Positions 18,212-28,698 of a stretch of DNA of 50,892 bases are shown here, one piece after another. This stretch comes from an uncultured archaeon. GTDB taxonomy: Archaea > Aenigmatarchaeota > Aenigmatarchaeia > GW2011-AR5. The stretch is from the NCBI GenBank assembly GCA_964373415.1, contig CAYJUT010000001.1, forward strand, positions 1 through 50,892, written 5' to 3'. A program made the position numbers and the translations under genes. The notes under the pieces were generated by a model that ran no database searches, was not told the DNA's origin, and was given only the letters and a program-made list of their open reading frames with translations. Each line of letters opens with the position of its first letter. Position 1 is the stretch's first letter.

Positions 18212-19156
18212 CTATTCACTGCTTAGCATTCTCTTTGCAGCTATTCTAACCGCCTCTGCTGAAGTGTAGCGAGGCGACCAACCCAATTTGTGCAACTTTG
18301 TAATATCCAATAAAAATTTGTTTATGTCACCAGCCCATCCACTGGAACTTCCAGTGTAAGAGAATTTCACATTTTTAAGTCCCATCTCTTCTACGACTAT
18401 CTCAGCTATCTTGTCAACTGTTATAGCATCCCTTGTTCCAAGATTGAAAATATTAACACTTTCATTAGAGTTGTCAATCCCGAAAAGCATGCCATCTACG
18501 CACTCGTCCACAAGCATATAAGATTTTGACTGTTTGCCGTCACCAAGTATCTCCAGCCGTGTAGGGTCGTTGTTTAGTTTGAATATAAAATCTGATATGA
18601 CAGTTCTACCTTTTTTCCTGCTTTTGTCGCCAACAATGTTAGCAAACCTGAATATCCAGCCCTGCATGCCGAACATATTGCAATATGCCGATACGAGGCC
18701 TTCGCATGCCAATTTACTAGCACCATAAAGTGATGTAGGCTTGAGAGGCCCGTAGTTTTCAGATGTCGGTATTTTCTCTGCTATTCCATATACAACAGAA
18801 GACGAAGAAAAGACTATTTTTCGTGTACCAGTCTTTCTCATCGCATCGAGAACGTTATACGTTGCTATGGTATTCTGCTTTAGATCTTTGTCTGTCCTGT
18901 CTCCCGGGACAAATTTAATATCTGGATTGGCTGCTAGATGGAATACGACGTCTATATTGTTTAAATAATCTGTTATATCCTCTTCTGTTACATCTGCCTC
19001 TACAAGCTTGAAGTTCTTATTTTCTAGAAACGGTTCGATATGTTCAATTTTACCACTACTTAGATTGTCCAGTATAATTACATTATTTTGTATCAAAAGT
19101 TTCTTTACAACTTCTGAACCTACGCATCCGGCACCGCCCGTGACAAGTACATTCAT
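18212..19156 (-). CDS. NAD-dependent epimerase/dehydratase (SDR)
   Basis: It has MNVLVTGGAGCVGSE and YGASKLACE. An alternative start lies at 19165. Confidence 0.85.
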   Translation of the reverse strand: MNVLVTGGAGCVGSEVVKKLLIQNNVIILDNLSSGKIEHIEPFLENKNFKLVEADVTEEDITDYLNNIDVVFHLAANPDIKFVPGDRTDKDLKQNTIATYNVLDAMRKTGTRKIVFSSSSVVYGIAEKIPTSENYGPLKPTSLYGASKLACEGLVSAYCNMFGMQGWIFRFANIVGDKSRKKGRTVISDFIFKLNNDPTRLEILGDGKQSKSYMLVDECVDGMLFGIDNSNESVNIFNLGTRDAITVDKIAEIVVEEMGLKNVKFSYTGSSSGWAGDINKFLLDITKLHKLGWSPRYTSAEAVRIAAKRMLSSE

Positions 19157-19226
19157 TTGTATCATCCTATAGTATGAAATAAGTGTTTTTAAACTTCTCT
19201 TTTCTAAGTGTCTACAGTGATAAAAA

Positions 19227-20852
19227 GTGAAGAAATACATCATTATACTGATGATTTTTACGGCTCTTACACCCGCATTTTTTTATGCAATGAATGTATT
19301 TCTTACACCAAAGGGATATATATATAATGGCAGCAATCTTGACGACATTAATATATTCGTATCAATGAATTCTGTAAGAAATAATTTTGAAAATCCGTAT
19401 GCAATAGAATATGATCGTACAAAAATTTATGAAAATATATCACTTGGAAGCTTTCCGCTTTTCTTCTTCATGGGATACATAAGCATCCTGACACAACTGT
19501 CAGTTCCGTTAATTTATACAATTTTCATGGTATTGGGTTTTTTGTTTACGTTATACTCAGCTTATCTGCTCTTAGGAAAAATTAACCAAAAGGCGCAGGA
19601 AAAGGCGTTCATAATTTTCATGTTGGCGTGTGGTGTAGGTTGGGTATTATATTTATTTGGAAATGTATACGCGTTAGGATTGGGCGTACTATCTATGATA
19701 TCAATATATCGCATAATACCGTTTGGCTTTTTTATATACTCTATATTGAAATTTGCAGAGAAAAAATATACATTAAGTTCGATGGCACTGGCAATAGGCA
19801 CGTTAGCATATCCTACTTTCCTTCCGGGAACTTTTGCAATTTTATTATCCTATGTTTTTGTAAACAGGAAAATAGACAAATCAATGATCGTATTTATAAT
19901 ACCACTTTTGGGTCTCTTGCCTTACGTAATTATCAGCAATGGTTATCAAACACTTGAATATCTGGCATACGAAAGGGGTTTATACGGTTCTGGTCTGCCA
20001 CTATTAACACTTTTTGTGGCTGGTGGGTTGGTAATGTTACTAACTTTCTGGAAATTGGGTATTAATACGTATAAGAAAGCTTTTTTATTCTCTATAACTT
20101 CAGGAATGTTTTTCCTAGCGCAATTATCTCAATCGTTCTGGATACGTGAATTTAGATTTATAGAAAATTTTATACCGATATTAATTGTGCCATTCGTCAT
20201 TTTCATGATTTATATATTGCATAATACGTTAAAAACTGAAAAAAATGTTACAATAAAGTTTCTCTCATTATCGTTCGTAATACTTTTGTTCATGACCATC
20301 ATGCCATCAAGCCTAAACCCACTAATACCTTACAAGCTTTCATCTATGTTATGGCTTGTAACTGTACTATTATTTTCATTTTTAATTAGTGGGCATAGTG
20401 CAAAAATTCAAAATTTTCTAATAATTATAATAGTAATCACCTCTCTACCATCTATCGTAGTTTGGTTCGGGGAAAATCATCAATTACAAAACTTGGAGAG
20501 AAAAGAACTACTTGTTGCTTATACGCATATGGATGTTGTTAACTTGCTAATATCACTGGATCAAATGCCAAAAGGCGTTGTACTGGCATCCCCAGAAATA
20601 AGTGTATACCTGCCTCTTTATACAAGTCAAAAAATTATGCTATCAATTCATCCAGAAAACGTTATGAATTATACAGAAAAATATGGTGCGTATACAGAAT
20701 ATATTACAAATGGCAATGTTGAAGTATTGAAACCTTATGGCGTCAAATATTTTATAACATGTATTGATAACGCTGGAAAAAAAGACTACACATGTTGCAA
20801 CGGAAAATTAAGTATGTGCAATTCAACCCCAAAAATTATCGTTATAAATTGA
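19227..20852 (+). CDS. Polytopic membrane protein, putative GT-C-type glycosyltransferase
   Basis: 541 aa with more than 10 predicted TM segments, an acidic first loop (NLDDINIF) and a C-terminal soluble domain. No diagnostic motif was recognised. Confidence 0.5.
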   Translation: MKKYIIILMIFTALTPAFFYAMNVFLTPKGYIYNGSNLDDINIFVSMNSVRNNFENPYAIEYDRTKIYENISLGSFPLFFFMGYISILTQLSVPLIYTIFMVLGFLFTLYSAYLLLGKINQKAQEKAFIIFMLACGVGWVLYLFGNVYALGLGVLSMISIYRIIPFGFFIYSILKFAEKKYTLSSMALAIGTLAYPTFLPGTFAILLSYVFVNRKIDKSMIVFIIPLLGLLPYVIISNGYQTLEYLAYERGLYGSGLPLLTLFVAGGLVMLLTFWKLGINTYKKAFLFSITSGMFFLAQLSQSFWIREFRFIENFIPILIVPFVIFMIYILHNTLKTEKNVTIKFLSLSFVILLFMTIMPSSLNPLIPYKLSSMLWLVTVLLFSFLISGHSAKIQNFLIIIIVITSLPSIVVWFGENHQLQNLERKELLVAYTHMDVVNLLISLDQMPKGVVLASPEISVYLPLYTSQKIMLSIHPENVMNYTEKYGAYTEYITNGNVEVLKPYGVKYFITCIDNAGKKDYTCCNGKLSMCNSTPKIIVIN

Positions 20853-20859
20853 AAATATG

Positions 20860-20948
20860 ATATGTTCTTTATAATCCATGGCTTTAGCGTAATGAGAACA
20901 TATGGTGAAACAACGTTTCACTGACGTAGGAAAAGCTTAGCTTTTCCT
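20860..20948. other. Three consecutive hairpins in a convergent intergenic region
   Basis: The pairs are ATATGTTCT/AGAACATAT (20860-20868 / 20895-20903), GTGAAAC/GTTTCAC (20905-20921) and AGGAAAAGC/GCTTTTCCT (20928-20948). Confidence 0.5.
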
Positions 20949-21010
20949 CACAATGCATTCTTATATAATAAACATACTGTTTTAGACGTTCTTGTATTTG
21001 AGAACTAAAT

Positions 21011-21967
21011 TTATTCCAAGACAGCACGCCAGTAATTCAACGTATCGGATAATGTTTTATCTATGCCGATCTCGGGCCTCCACCCAAGTTTTGATATTTT
21101 AGTATTGTCGCCAATGAATATTGGGTCGTCTGCTGGTCTGAATTTTTTTCTATCCACCTCAATAATTATATTTTTTGTTGAAAGCAAAACCATCATATCG
21201 AGAACGTCTTTTATTTTGAGACCGCTGCCTGAACATATGTTGTAAGCTTCCCCGTGTTTGCCCCTAGACGCAAGTGTCCATAAAGCATTTACGGTGTCTC
21301 TGACGTCCGTGAAATCCAGGACTGGTTCGAGATTGCCAACTGTTATACTGTCGCGCAGGCCCTTTTCCACTTCTACGATCATTTGTGCGAAATCCGCTAT
21401 AGCGTTTCCTCTTTTCCTGGCTCCTATAGTGTTGAAAATTCTGGCGCGTATAGTTTTCATACCATACGCCCTCCAATATATGTAACACAGCATGTCGGCA
21501 GATATTTTGCTTACGGCATAAGGAGATGACGGCCTGAATTCCTTGTTTTCTTTTATAGGTATCTCGTCTTCGTTAGTAAGTCCGTAACCTGCGGAGGAAC
21601 TCGCAAAAACTATCACTGGGTCTATACCTATCTTTCTTACAGCATCAAGAAGGTGCATTGTCCCTAGTACATTGACTTTAAAAGTCCCTTCTCTGTCTTC
21701 CCATGATGGTATGACAAAGCTCTGTGCGGCCAAATGAAAAATTATATCGGGTCTGGTACTTTCTATGACGGTTTCTATCTGTTTTTTATCAGACATGTCG
21801 AGTTCTATAAGACTTATGTCATTTATTATATGGTCTATATTTTTTGTGTCTCCAAAAAATGTGCCCGATACGTTAGCGCCTTTGTTAAGCATAAGTTCTG
21901 CTAGATGAGACCCTATGAATCCTTCACAGCCTGTTATCAATACGTTCGTTTTTATCATAAGATGCAT
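21011..21967 (-). CDS. GDP-mannose/heptose 4,6-dehydratase-like SDR (third paralog)
   Basis: It has TGCEGFIGSH and SPYAVSK, and the same overall layout as 30563-31519. Confidence 0.8.
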   Translation of the reverse strand: MHLMIKTNVLITGCEGFIGSHLAELMLNKGANVSGTFFGDTKNIDHIINDISLIELDMSDKKQIETVIESTRPDIIFHLAAQSFVIPSWEDREGTFKVNVLGTMHLLDAVRKIGIDPVIVFASSSAGYGLTNEDEIPIKENKEFRPSSPYAVSKISADMLCYIYWRAYGMKTIRARIFNTIGARKRGNAIADFAQMIVEVEKGLRDSITVGNLEPVLDFTDVRDTVNALWTLASRGKHGEAYNICSGSGLKIKDVLDMMVLLSTKNIIIEVDRKKFRPADDPIFIGDNTKISKLGWRPEIGIDKTLSDTLNYWRAVLE

Positions 21968-22007
21968 TTAAAAGTAACATAATAAATTATTAAAAGTGTG
22001 TTTCTAA

Positions 22008-22748
22008 ATGCTGTCGATAATAGTTCCAGCTTACAATGAACAACGTATTGTAGAGAAAAATACCCTTTTAATTAGAAAAGAAATGGAAAGAATAAAGAAA
22101 AAGACGAAAGAACGCTACGAGATAATACTGATTGAAGAAAGTAGCGACAATACGCCAGAAATATGCCAAAAACTATCAAGACGTTATAAAGAAATAAGGC
22201 ACATTCACAGTAATAATAGACTAGGAAAGGGTGGTGCAATTGAAAAGGCGTTGAAAGTCTCGAAAGGTGAGAAAATAATATTCATGGATGTGGATCTATC
22301 GACAAGTCTTGGGATAACAGAAGATGTTTTAAAAAAAATGAAAGAATATGATATTGTAATAACATCGCGGTATAACCCTTCGGCCACTGTAATTAGGTCT
22401 TTTGCAAGGTCCTTTGCCGGTCAGAGCTTTTCTATAATTTTTAGGCTGATTTTCCGTACTAAAATACGTGATACAAAATGTGGTTACAAGGCTTTCAAAA
22501 AACCATTAGCCGAGAAAATAATAAAATATATCGGCAATAAGGGATGGTTCTGGGACACTGAATTTCTCATCTATGCAGAAAGGATAGGCTACACAATATG
22601 TGAGATTCCGATAGACTGGTATGAAAGGAAAGAAAGCAACGTATTTATAGTTGACAATATCGTGGATATGCTAACTAACCTTGCAAGGCTCTATATAAAA
22701 CTCAGGCTCAAAAAGTACTCGCCTAAGCGCGCAACAAAACACTTATAA
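22008..22748 (+). CDS. GT2 glycosyltransferase, polyprenyl-phosphate hexose synthase-like
   Basis: It carries LSIIVPAYNEQ and the DVD motif (FMDVDLS). Its size is about 245 aa. Confidence 0.8.
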   Translation: MLSIIVPAYNEQRIVEKNTLLIRKEMERIKKKTKERYEIILIEESSDNTPEICQKLSRRYKEIRHIHSNNRLGKGGAIEKALKVSKGEKIIFMDVDLSTSLGITEDVLKKMKEYDIVITSRYNPSATVIRSFARSFAGQSFSIIFRLIFRTKIRDTKCGYKAFKKPLAEKIIKYIGNKGWFWDTEFLIYAERIGYTICEIPIDWYERKESNVFIVDNIVDMLTNLARLYIKLRLKKYSPKRATKHL

Positions 22749-22771
22749 AGGTATACGGCGTACTATAAAAT

Positions 22772-24127
22772 ATGAAAGTTCTACTCATATTCCCGCCGCA
22801 AACGCTCACGGAGAGGTACGCACATAATGTAGAGGGGGTCGGCGGATTTCTGCCGCCGTTAGGTTTGTGCTACATGGCTGCCGTACTAGAAAGAGCCGGT
22901 CATGAAGCTCATATAATTGACTGTCCGGTAAATAACTACGGCACTGGCGACATAATGAGCGAAATATTGAACTTTAAGCCAGAACTTGTTGGCGTAGCAG
23001 CTATAACATCTCTTGCAGACGTTACAAAGGAGCTTTGTGACCTGATTAAGAATCAGTTCCCTGATGTAACTGTACTACTGGGCGGCCCGCATGCAACGAT
23101 AATGGCCAAAGAACTTTCAGAGACAACTCGTGCGGACATAATAGTCCAGGAAGAAGCCGACAACATAATAATCGATATAGTGAACAATATAGAAAAATAC
23201 AAGCAATTAAGAATAGTTAACGCAGGTAAGGTAAAAGACTTAGATTCTCTGCCATTTCCAGCCAGACATCTGCTCGACATGTCCAAATATTCCTCACTGC
23301 CAAACACATACAAAAAAGACCCGCATACATTCCAGATGGTAACAAGTCGTGGGTGTCCATTTACATGTACATTCTGTTTTGATGCAAAGGGACTGTTCAG
23401 GCAGAGAAGTGTAGCTAATGTTATGGCAGAGATACGACAGCTAAAAGATACCTACAAAATAAAGGAAATCGCATTTTGGGATGATATACTAACAATAAAC
23501 AAGAAATGGACGCATGAGTTCTGCAAGGAGATGGAAAAAGAGGGTATAATTTGGTCGTGTTACACAAGGCTCGACCTTATAGATGAACCAATGCTGCATG
23601 CTATGAAAAAAGCAGGTTGCTGGAATATATTCTTCGGCATCGAGTCAGGAGCTCAGGAGTTACTGGATAACATAACAAAGAAAATGACAGTAGAACAGAT
23701 GAAAAATGCTGTTAAGCTCGTCAAAAAAGCCGGGATAGATATAAGAGGTTCGTTCATGGTAGGGCTGCCTGGCGAAACTCCAGAACTGGCAAGAAAAACT
23801 ATCAAGCTTGCCATTGAAATGGACCCTGATTATGCGCAATTTTCAATTACAACACCATATCCAGGCACACAATTGTGGGATGACTATGAAAAATGGGGTA
23901 CATTGGACAAGAACTTTAAGAATTACCATGGCTGGTCGCCTGTCTTTGTTCCGCATGGTTACAAAAATAAGGAAGAGTTGCTTGAGATCCACCGCGAAGC
24001 GTTCAGACGCTTTTACATACGTCCTAAATATATCCTAAGAAGGGTATCAAAGATTCGCTCATTTTCCGAGCTTAAAAAAAATGTAACAGGCTTGAAAGTA
24101 GTCAAGGGCATGGTACTTAGCCAGTGA
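22772..24127 (+). CDS. B12-binding-domain radical SAM enzyme
   Basis: It has MKVLLIFPP.., SRGCPFTCTFC, FGIESG and MVGLPGETPE. Confidence 0.9.
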   Translation: MKVLLIFPPQTLTERYAHNVEGVGGFLPPLGLCYMAAVLERAGHEAHIIDCPVNNYGTGDIMSEILNFKPELVGVAAITSLADVTKELCDLIKNQFPDVTVLLGGPHATIMAKELSETTRADIIVQEEADNIIIDIVNNIEKYKQLRIVNAGKVKDLDSLPFPARHLLDMSKYSSLPNTYKKDPHTFQMVTSRGCPFTCTFCFDAKGLFRQRSVANVMAEIRQLKDTYKIKEIAFWDDILTINKKWTHEFCKEMEKEGIIWSCYTRLDLIDEPMLHAMKKAGCWNIFFGIESGAQELLDNITKKMTVEQMKNAVKLVKKAGIDIRGSFMVGLPGETPELARKTIKLAIEMDPDYAQFSITTPYPGTQLWDDYEKWGTLDKNFKNYHGWSPVFVPHGYKNKEELLEIHREAFRRFYIRPKYILRRVSKIRSFSELKKNVTGLKVVKGMVLSQ

Positions 24128-24132
24128 TATGT

Positions 24133-25605
24133 TCAGCATGAATAAATTTCAATAAGATCTAAGGAATTCTTGGTTATTGTTTTTGAAAGTGTACAGGCAT
24201 GCAATTGAATATAGTTATTGACCACTTCAGTTCCGCTAACGCCTTTGACAGCGCAACTTGCTGTCAACGAGAATTTGTCATAATACGGCTCCATCACGAA
24301 CTTATAATAGTCGCTTGTAAAAACGCTTGAGCAGTTCTGTGCAACATAATCAATTGTATCTCTCATGCCTTCTGAAAACCTGAACTCGGAATCATATATT
24401 CCTAAGGCATTTTTTAGCGGATTGTAAGACAATGCATACGAGGGCCCTGAAAAGGCCGCATACCAGAATAAAATCACAGCAATGACAGCAATCGTAATCA
24501 TCCGTTTTGGATCCTTTAGTTTGTCAACCCATCTGGAGGCTAGTATGGCAAAAAATGGTACCAGAGGTGTTATATGTCTGTAGCTGATAACTGTCCTTTG
24601 GAAAGATAGAAGAGCAAGAAACGTCAAAATAAATATGATAATGAGTTTGTCTTCTTTCAGCGGTTTTTTGGCTACGAAATATACGCCAATAGCAACAAGC
24701 ACTATTAGGAGTAGAGACTCCTTAACGATATAAAGGAAAAAATAATTCAATACAGGTATATTCATCGATAGAGGATGGCTGATGGCAGAATCAACACTGG
24801 AAAAAATACGTCTGCTAAAAGATAGAAGTACTATAGGCACGTTTGCTTCGATATGTTGTTCCCTTATTTCGCCGCCGTAATTAACCGATATGTTAGCTTC
24901 GGTGTGAAGAGTGGAAAAGCCAAATGGCCAGCTGACAAGAAAAACTACCAGCATAATGACAAGCGCCTTTAATAGCCAGTTCTTGATGTTCATAGAAAAA
25001 TTCGGCTTAATAGAAAATTTTATTTGTTTTGTATATAAAATGTAGATAAGTGCTGCAACCAAAACTATCACGGATGTAAATTTTACAGCCAGTGCCAAGC
25101 CCAACGAAACCCCTAAAAATACAAAAGTGTATTTCCTATTATCGTGTACAGCTTCCCAGAGAAAATAAACTATGAGAATATAGAAAAAAGTAAGAATAGT
25201 TTCCAGCTGTGCATACCGGCTGAATTCTATCTGGAGTATGGAAAAGGCTGTTATAATTGACGTAAGAAGTGCGACCCTTTCATTGTACATCTTTCTTACT
25301 GCAAAAAATGCTGCAAATACTGCAAATATGCCGAATAAAAGAGGAATTATCCTCAATGCAAATTCTGTGTTACCTAAAATTAAGATAGAAGCAGCGAACA
25401 TGTACTTGGCAAGTGGTGGCGTATCAAAAATATAGAAATTATTTACGAAATTTCCTTTTATGTATTCGTCAGCAGCCTGCTTTAATTCGATTTCACCGTA
25501 ACCATACGTTTCCCATGAAATGTTATTAAACCGGACGAAAAATGCTGCAATTACAATGAGAATAATGGCCATAAGTCCAAAATTAGCCCATTTAGTCTTG
25601 CTCAT
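24133..25605 (-). CDS. GT-C membrane glycosyltransferase, ArnT/PMT-like
   Basis: Polytopic protein. The first loop carries AADEY...FDTPPLAKY, which matches the family pattern DE..hPPL. Confidence 0.75.
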   Translation of the reverse strand: MSKTKWANFGLMAIILIVIAAFFVRFNNISWETYGYGEIELKQAADEYIKGNFVNNFYIFDTPPLAKYMFAASILILGNTEFALRIIPLLFGIFAVFAAFFAVRKMYNERVALLTSIITAFSILQIEFSRYAQLETILTFFYILIVYFLWEAVHDNRKYTFVFLGVSLGLALAVKFTSVIVLVAALIYILYTKQIKFSIKPNFSMNIKNWLLKALVIMLVVFLVSWPFGFSTLHTEANISVNYGGEIREQHIEANVPIVLLSFSRRIFSSVDSAISHPLSMNIPVLNYFFLYIVKESLLLIVLVAIGVYFVAKKPLKEDKLIIIFILTFLALLSFQRTVISYRHITPLVPFFAILASRWVDKLKDPKRMITIAVIAVILFWYAAFSGPSYALSYNPLKNALGIYDSEFRFSEGMRDTIDYVAQNCSSVFTSDYYKFVMEPYYDKFSLTASCAVKGVSGTEVVNNYIQLHACTLSKTITKNSLDLIEIYSC

Positions 25606-25663
25606 ATACTACCATTGTTTTTAACGTACAAAACCTTAAAAGAATGCGGTATAATAGATAATA

Positions 25664-27154
25664 ATGGCTGACATACTGGGCATTTATCCAAAAACTGGCT
25701 ACGACATTAAAAACTCTTCAGTGGAGCTACCTTTAGGATTATTATCTACAGTAGCCACTGTACACGGTGACCACGAGGTTAAAATACTCGACCAGCGTGT
25801 TGATGAAGATTTTGAAAGTCATTTTTCTAACGAACTATCAAAAGGCCCGCGTGTTGTTCTTATACCATCCATGACGGGGACCCAGCTAAAATACGCTCTT
25901 GATATATCGAGGGCTGTAAAAAACAATTCCAAATCGACCGTATTGTGGGGCGGGGTCCATGCAACCCTTATGCCTGAACAAACAATAGGCCACAAACTAA
26001 TTGACATGATAGTTATAGGGGAAGGTGAATTTGTTTTACAGAATTTAATGAGTGCTCTAGACGGGAAGGCAAAGCTTGACGAAGTAAAAGGTATAGCCTA
26101 CAAAGAAAATGGATCGGTAAAAATGAACCCTCGTGCAGATTCACCAAATCCGAATCTGATACCAGAAGTTCCTTATTATTTAGTAGATATTGAAAATTAT
26201 GTAAAAAGCGGTGGCATAGCCTTTGACGATAAAGAGCGAACATTGCCGTTTATCTCAAGTCGTGGCTGTCCTTACACATGTACGTTTTGCAGCACTGCTG
26301 GCATAAGCAAAGGTAACTGGAGGAGCATGACGGCTGAATTAACTTACGAACGTGTAATGAAAATGGTTAAAAAATACAACATTAATGTCGTCAAATTTTA
26401 TGATGAAAACTTTACATCAAACCCGAAACGTGCAGAGGCTATAGCAGAATTAGTAAATAACCAGTTTGGGTGGTCAATGCAAGCACGAATGGATAATATG
26501 CTCATAACCGACATGAAAAAACTAGAAGAAGGTGGCCTGCGCGTAGTCGAGCCTGGTGTAGAGTCTGGAAGTGATAGAATATTAAAATTTATAAACAAAG
26601 CAGAAACCAAGGCGACAATGATTGCAGCAAACAAAAAACTTGCCAAGACAGGTATAAAGGCGTTCTATAATTTCATGATGGGGTTCCCCGGCGAAAGTTA
26701 TGAGGAACTCATGGAAACAGTCGATTTGGCATTACAGCTTGTCAAAGAGAACCCGAATGCACATATAACGCAATTTTATATTTTCGTCCCTTATCTAGGG
26801 GCGCCTCTATTCGATTATGCGGTACAGCAGGGTTTTGAAGTGCCAAAAACGTTGGAAGAATGGGTTGCCTTCAGCAGGCAGCAAACGTATACACCATGGA
26901 TACAGGACAAAAAAGAGATGTTGGAAACTATAATGTACACGTCAAAGTTTGTTGATGGAAAACGTCTCTGTCAAGTTCTAAGAAATACCAAAGTACCAAA
27001 ATTCTTTATACGTGCGTTATCTTCAAACTACAGGAAAAGCTGGGAGAAGCATAAATTCAAGAAAACGACTAGCGTGAAGGTGTTAGACATGATGGTAAAG
27101 AGAAACTTTGGATGGGAGTCGGGAACTACTTTTGAAATGGCGCAGAATGAATAG
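25664..27154 (+). CDS. B12-binding-domain radical SAM enzyme
   Basis: It has SRGCPYTCTFC, PGVESGS and MMGFPGESYEE. Confidence 0.9.
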   Translation: MADILGIYPKTGYDIKNSSVELPLGLLSTVATVHGDHEVKILDQRVDEDFESHFSNELSKGPRVVLIPSMTGTQLKYALDISRAVKNNSKSTVLWGGVHATLMPEQTIGHKLIDMIVIGEGEFVLQNLMSALDGKAKLDEVKGIAYKENGSVKMNPRADSPNPNLIPEVPYYLVDIENYVKSGGIAFDDKERTLPFISSRGCPYTCTFCSTAGISKGNWRSMTAELTYERVMKMVKKYNINVVKFYDENFTSNPKRAEAIAELVNNQFGWSMQARMDNMLITDMKKLEEGGLRVVEPGVESGSDRILKFINKAETKATMIAANKKLAKTGIKAFYNFMMGFPGESYEELMETVDLALQLVKENPNAHITQFYIFVPYLGAPLFDYAVQQGFEVPKTLEEWVAFSRQQTYTPWIQDKKEMLETIMYTSKFVDGKRLCQVLRNTKVPKFFIRALSSNYRKSWEKHKFKKTTSVKVLDMMVKRNFGWESGTTFEMAQNE

Positions 27155-27162
27155 TATATTGG

Positions 27163-28698
27163 CTATAGTGTCGACATGTTTAATTTGCATGAAAAACCCA
27201 TTGTATATCCACGTAAAACCAAAATATTTCCCTGTGAGCAGTATTGAAATATAGATTCTATGTCATTTTGCCTAGGGACTGTAGAATAAAATGCCACATA
27301 CTTTATGTTATTTTCTTTTATATAATCCCTAACTATGTACCACAAATTGCAGTTTCTTACAGTTTCGTTAAATGGTGTTATGTAGTATGATACATCCTTA
27401 GTCGTCCAAACTTCTTTATATGGATATGAAGAAGTATCATGTGAAAGTTGTCCAATAGCTTGGGAACCTATTTGCATAACACCGCCAGAAAATGCAAAAA
27501 ATATACTTAGCCCTACAAATCCAGCCACAAGTAATTGGAGTCTTTTTCTATGCACTAAAAGAATAAGTGCAATAGTATAGAATAGAGCAAGATAAATTGG
27601 CTGATAATACCCCATAAGATCGTTCAGGCCGATTACCGTTGCCAATACAATTATAGCTGCACAAATAGAGTATGACATTCCAGAAAACTTTATGCCCTCT
27701 ATATATTTGGCTGCGATGATGAAAGCTGGAGCCAACAACATAAGGAAGTATCTTTGGATATCCTGACCATATGGCATAAAAATTATAAGAAAACCAAGTG
27801 TCAACCACGAGGCCATCATGATGAAGTTCTTATTCATTTTATTTAAGGATTTGAGTGACAAGAGTAGCAATACTGCAAAGAATGGTGTCATCTGCCAGCT
27901 TATAGTTGCTATTTTGAATATCTTGTTGTACACATAATCATTCAGTGAGGGTGACGTGCCAGAAGCCTGCGTGTAATCAAAAAATGCCTTTATTGGCTCA
28001 TCAAATAGTCTGCTATCGCCAAATATGGTTGCTATTCCAAGCATAACAACTGCCGATATTAAAATTGTAGCTGCTATGTGCACAAAGGTAGCACGCTTTC
28101 TTCTATAAAGATAACCACCAACAACTATCGGTATAAAAATTATAATCGAGCTGAATTTAGTCATCATGCTTATTATTGAAAAGGCTAATGATGTAGCAAA
28201 ATATTTTTTACTATTTTTCTTAAGGTACATAACGAAGAAAAGCACCGTAACGGACGTTGTAAACATGAAATGTCCTGTATCAGTGCTGACAAGATTAGAA
28301 CCATATATGTGATATCGTGATATAGCTGCAAGAAACGCAGCTATAATACCAACTCTTTCAGAATAAAGTTCCTTTCCTAATATATAAATTATTATAATTG
28401 ACGTTATGCCGAATAATGTCGACAATAGACGTAAGGCTATATTTGAAAATCCGAAAACTGACGCCCATGCCGAATACAGTAAAATCCTTACAGGTGGATG
28501 TGTATAATTATAATAAGGATTGCCGTTGCATTCGTTTAATTCTCTGAAGTCACCAGAAATTGCAAAGCTTCTGGCAGGTCCTACAGTATCTATCTCATCT
28601 CCGGTGAAATTTGCATTTATGTTGGGCAGTCTCAAAACGATTGCAAGGAGAAGTATTAAAATGAGCATATGCTTCGTATCTAATTTTTGGATTTTCAT
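27163..28698 (-). CDS. GT-C membrane glycosyltransferase, ArnT/PMT-like
   Basis: Polytopic protein. The first loop carries FTGDEID...YTHPPVRILLY. Confidence 0.75.
   Translation of the reverse strand: MKIQKLDTKHMLILILLLAIVLRLPNINANFTGDEIDTVGPARSFAISGDFRELNECNGNPYYNYTHPPVRILLYSAWASVFGFSNIALRLLSTLFGITSIIIIYILGKELYSERVGIIAAFLAAISRYHIYGSNLVSTDTGHFMFTTSVTVLFFVMYLKKNSKKYFATSLAFSIISMMTKFSSIIIFIPIVVGGYLYRRKRATFVHIAATILISAVVMLGIATIFGDSRLFDEPIKAFFDYTQASGTSPSLNDYVYNKIFKIATISWQMTPFFAVLLLLSLKSLNKMNKNFIMMASWLTLGFLIIFMPYGQDIQRYFLMLLAPAFIIAAKYIEGIKFSGMSYSICAAIIVLATVIGLNDLMGYYQPIYLALFYTIALILLVHRKRLQLLVAGFVGLSIFFAFSGGVMQIGSQAIGQLSHDTSSYPYKEVWTTKDVSYYITPFNETVRNCNLWYIVRDYIKENNIKYVAFYSTVPRQNDIESIFQYCSQGNILVLRGYTMGFSCKLNMSTL

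Noticed and set aside
22772-27154. The possibility that the B12-rSAM genes mark a RiPP (modified peptide) cluster.
   Set aside because: No small precursor-like ORFs, proteases or transporters lie next to them. The flanking gaps are 5-60 nt and all neighbours are glycosylation genes.
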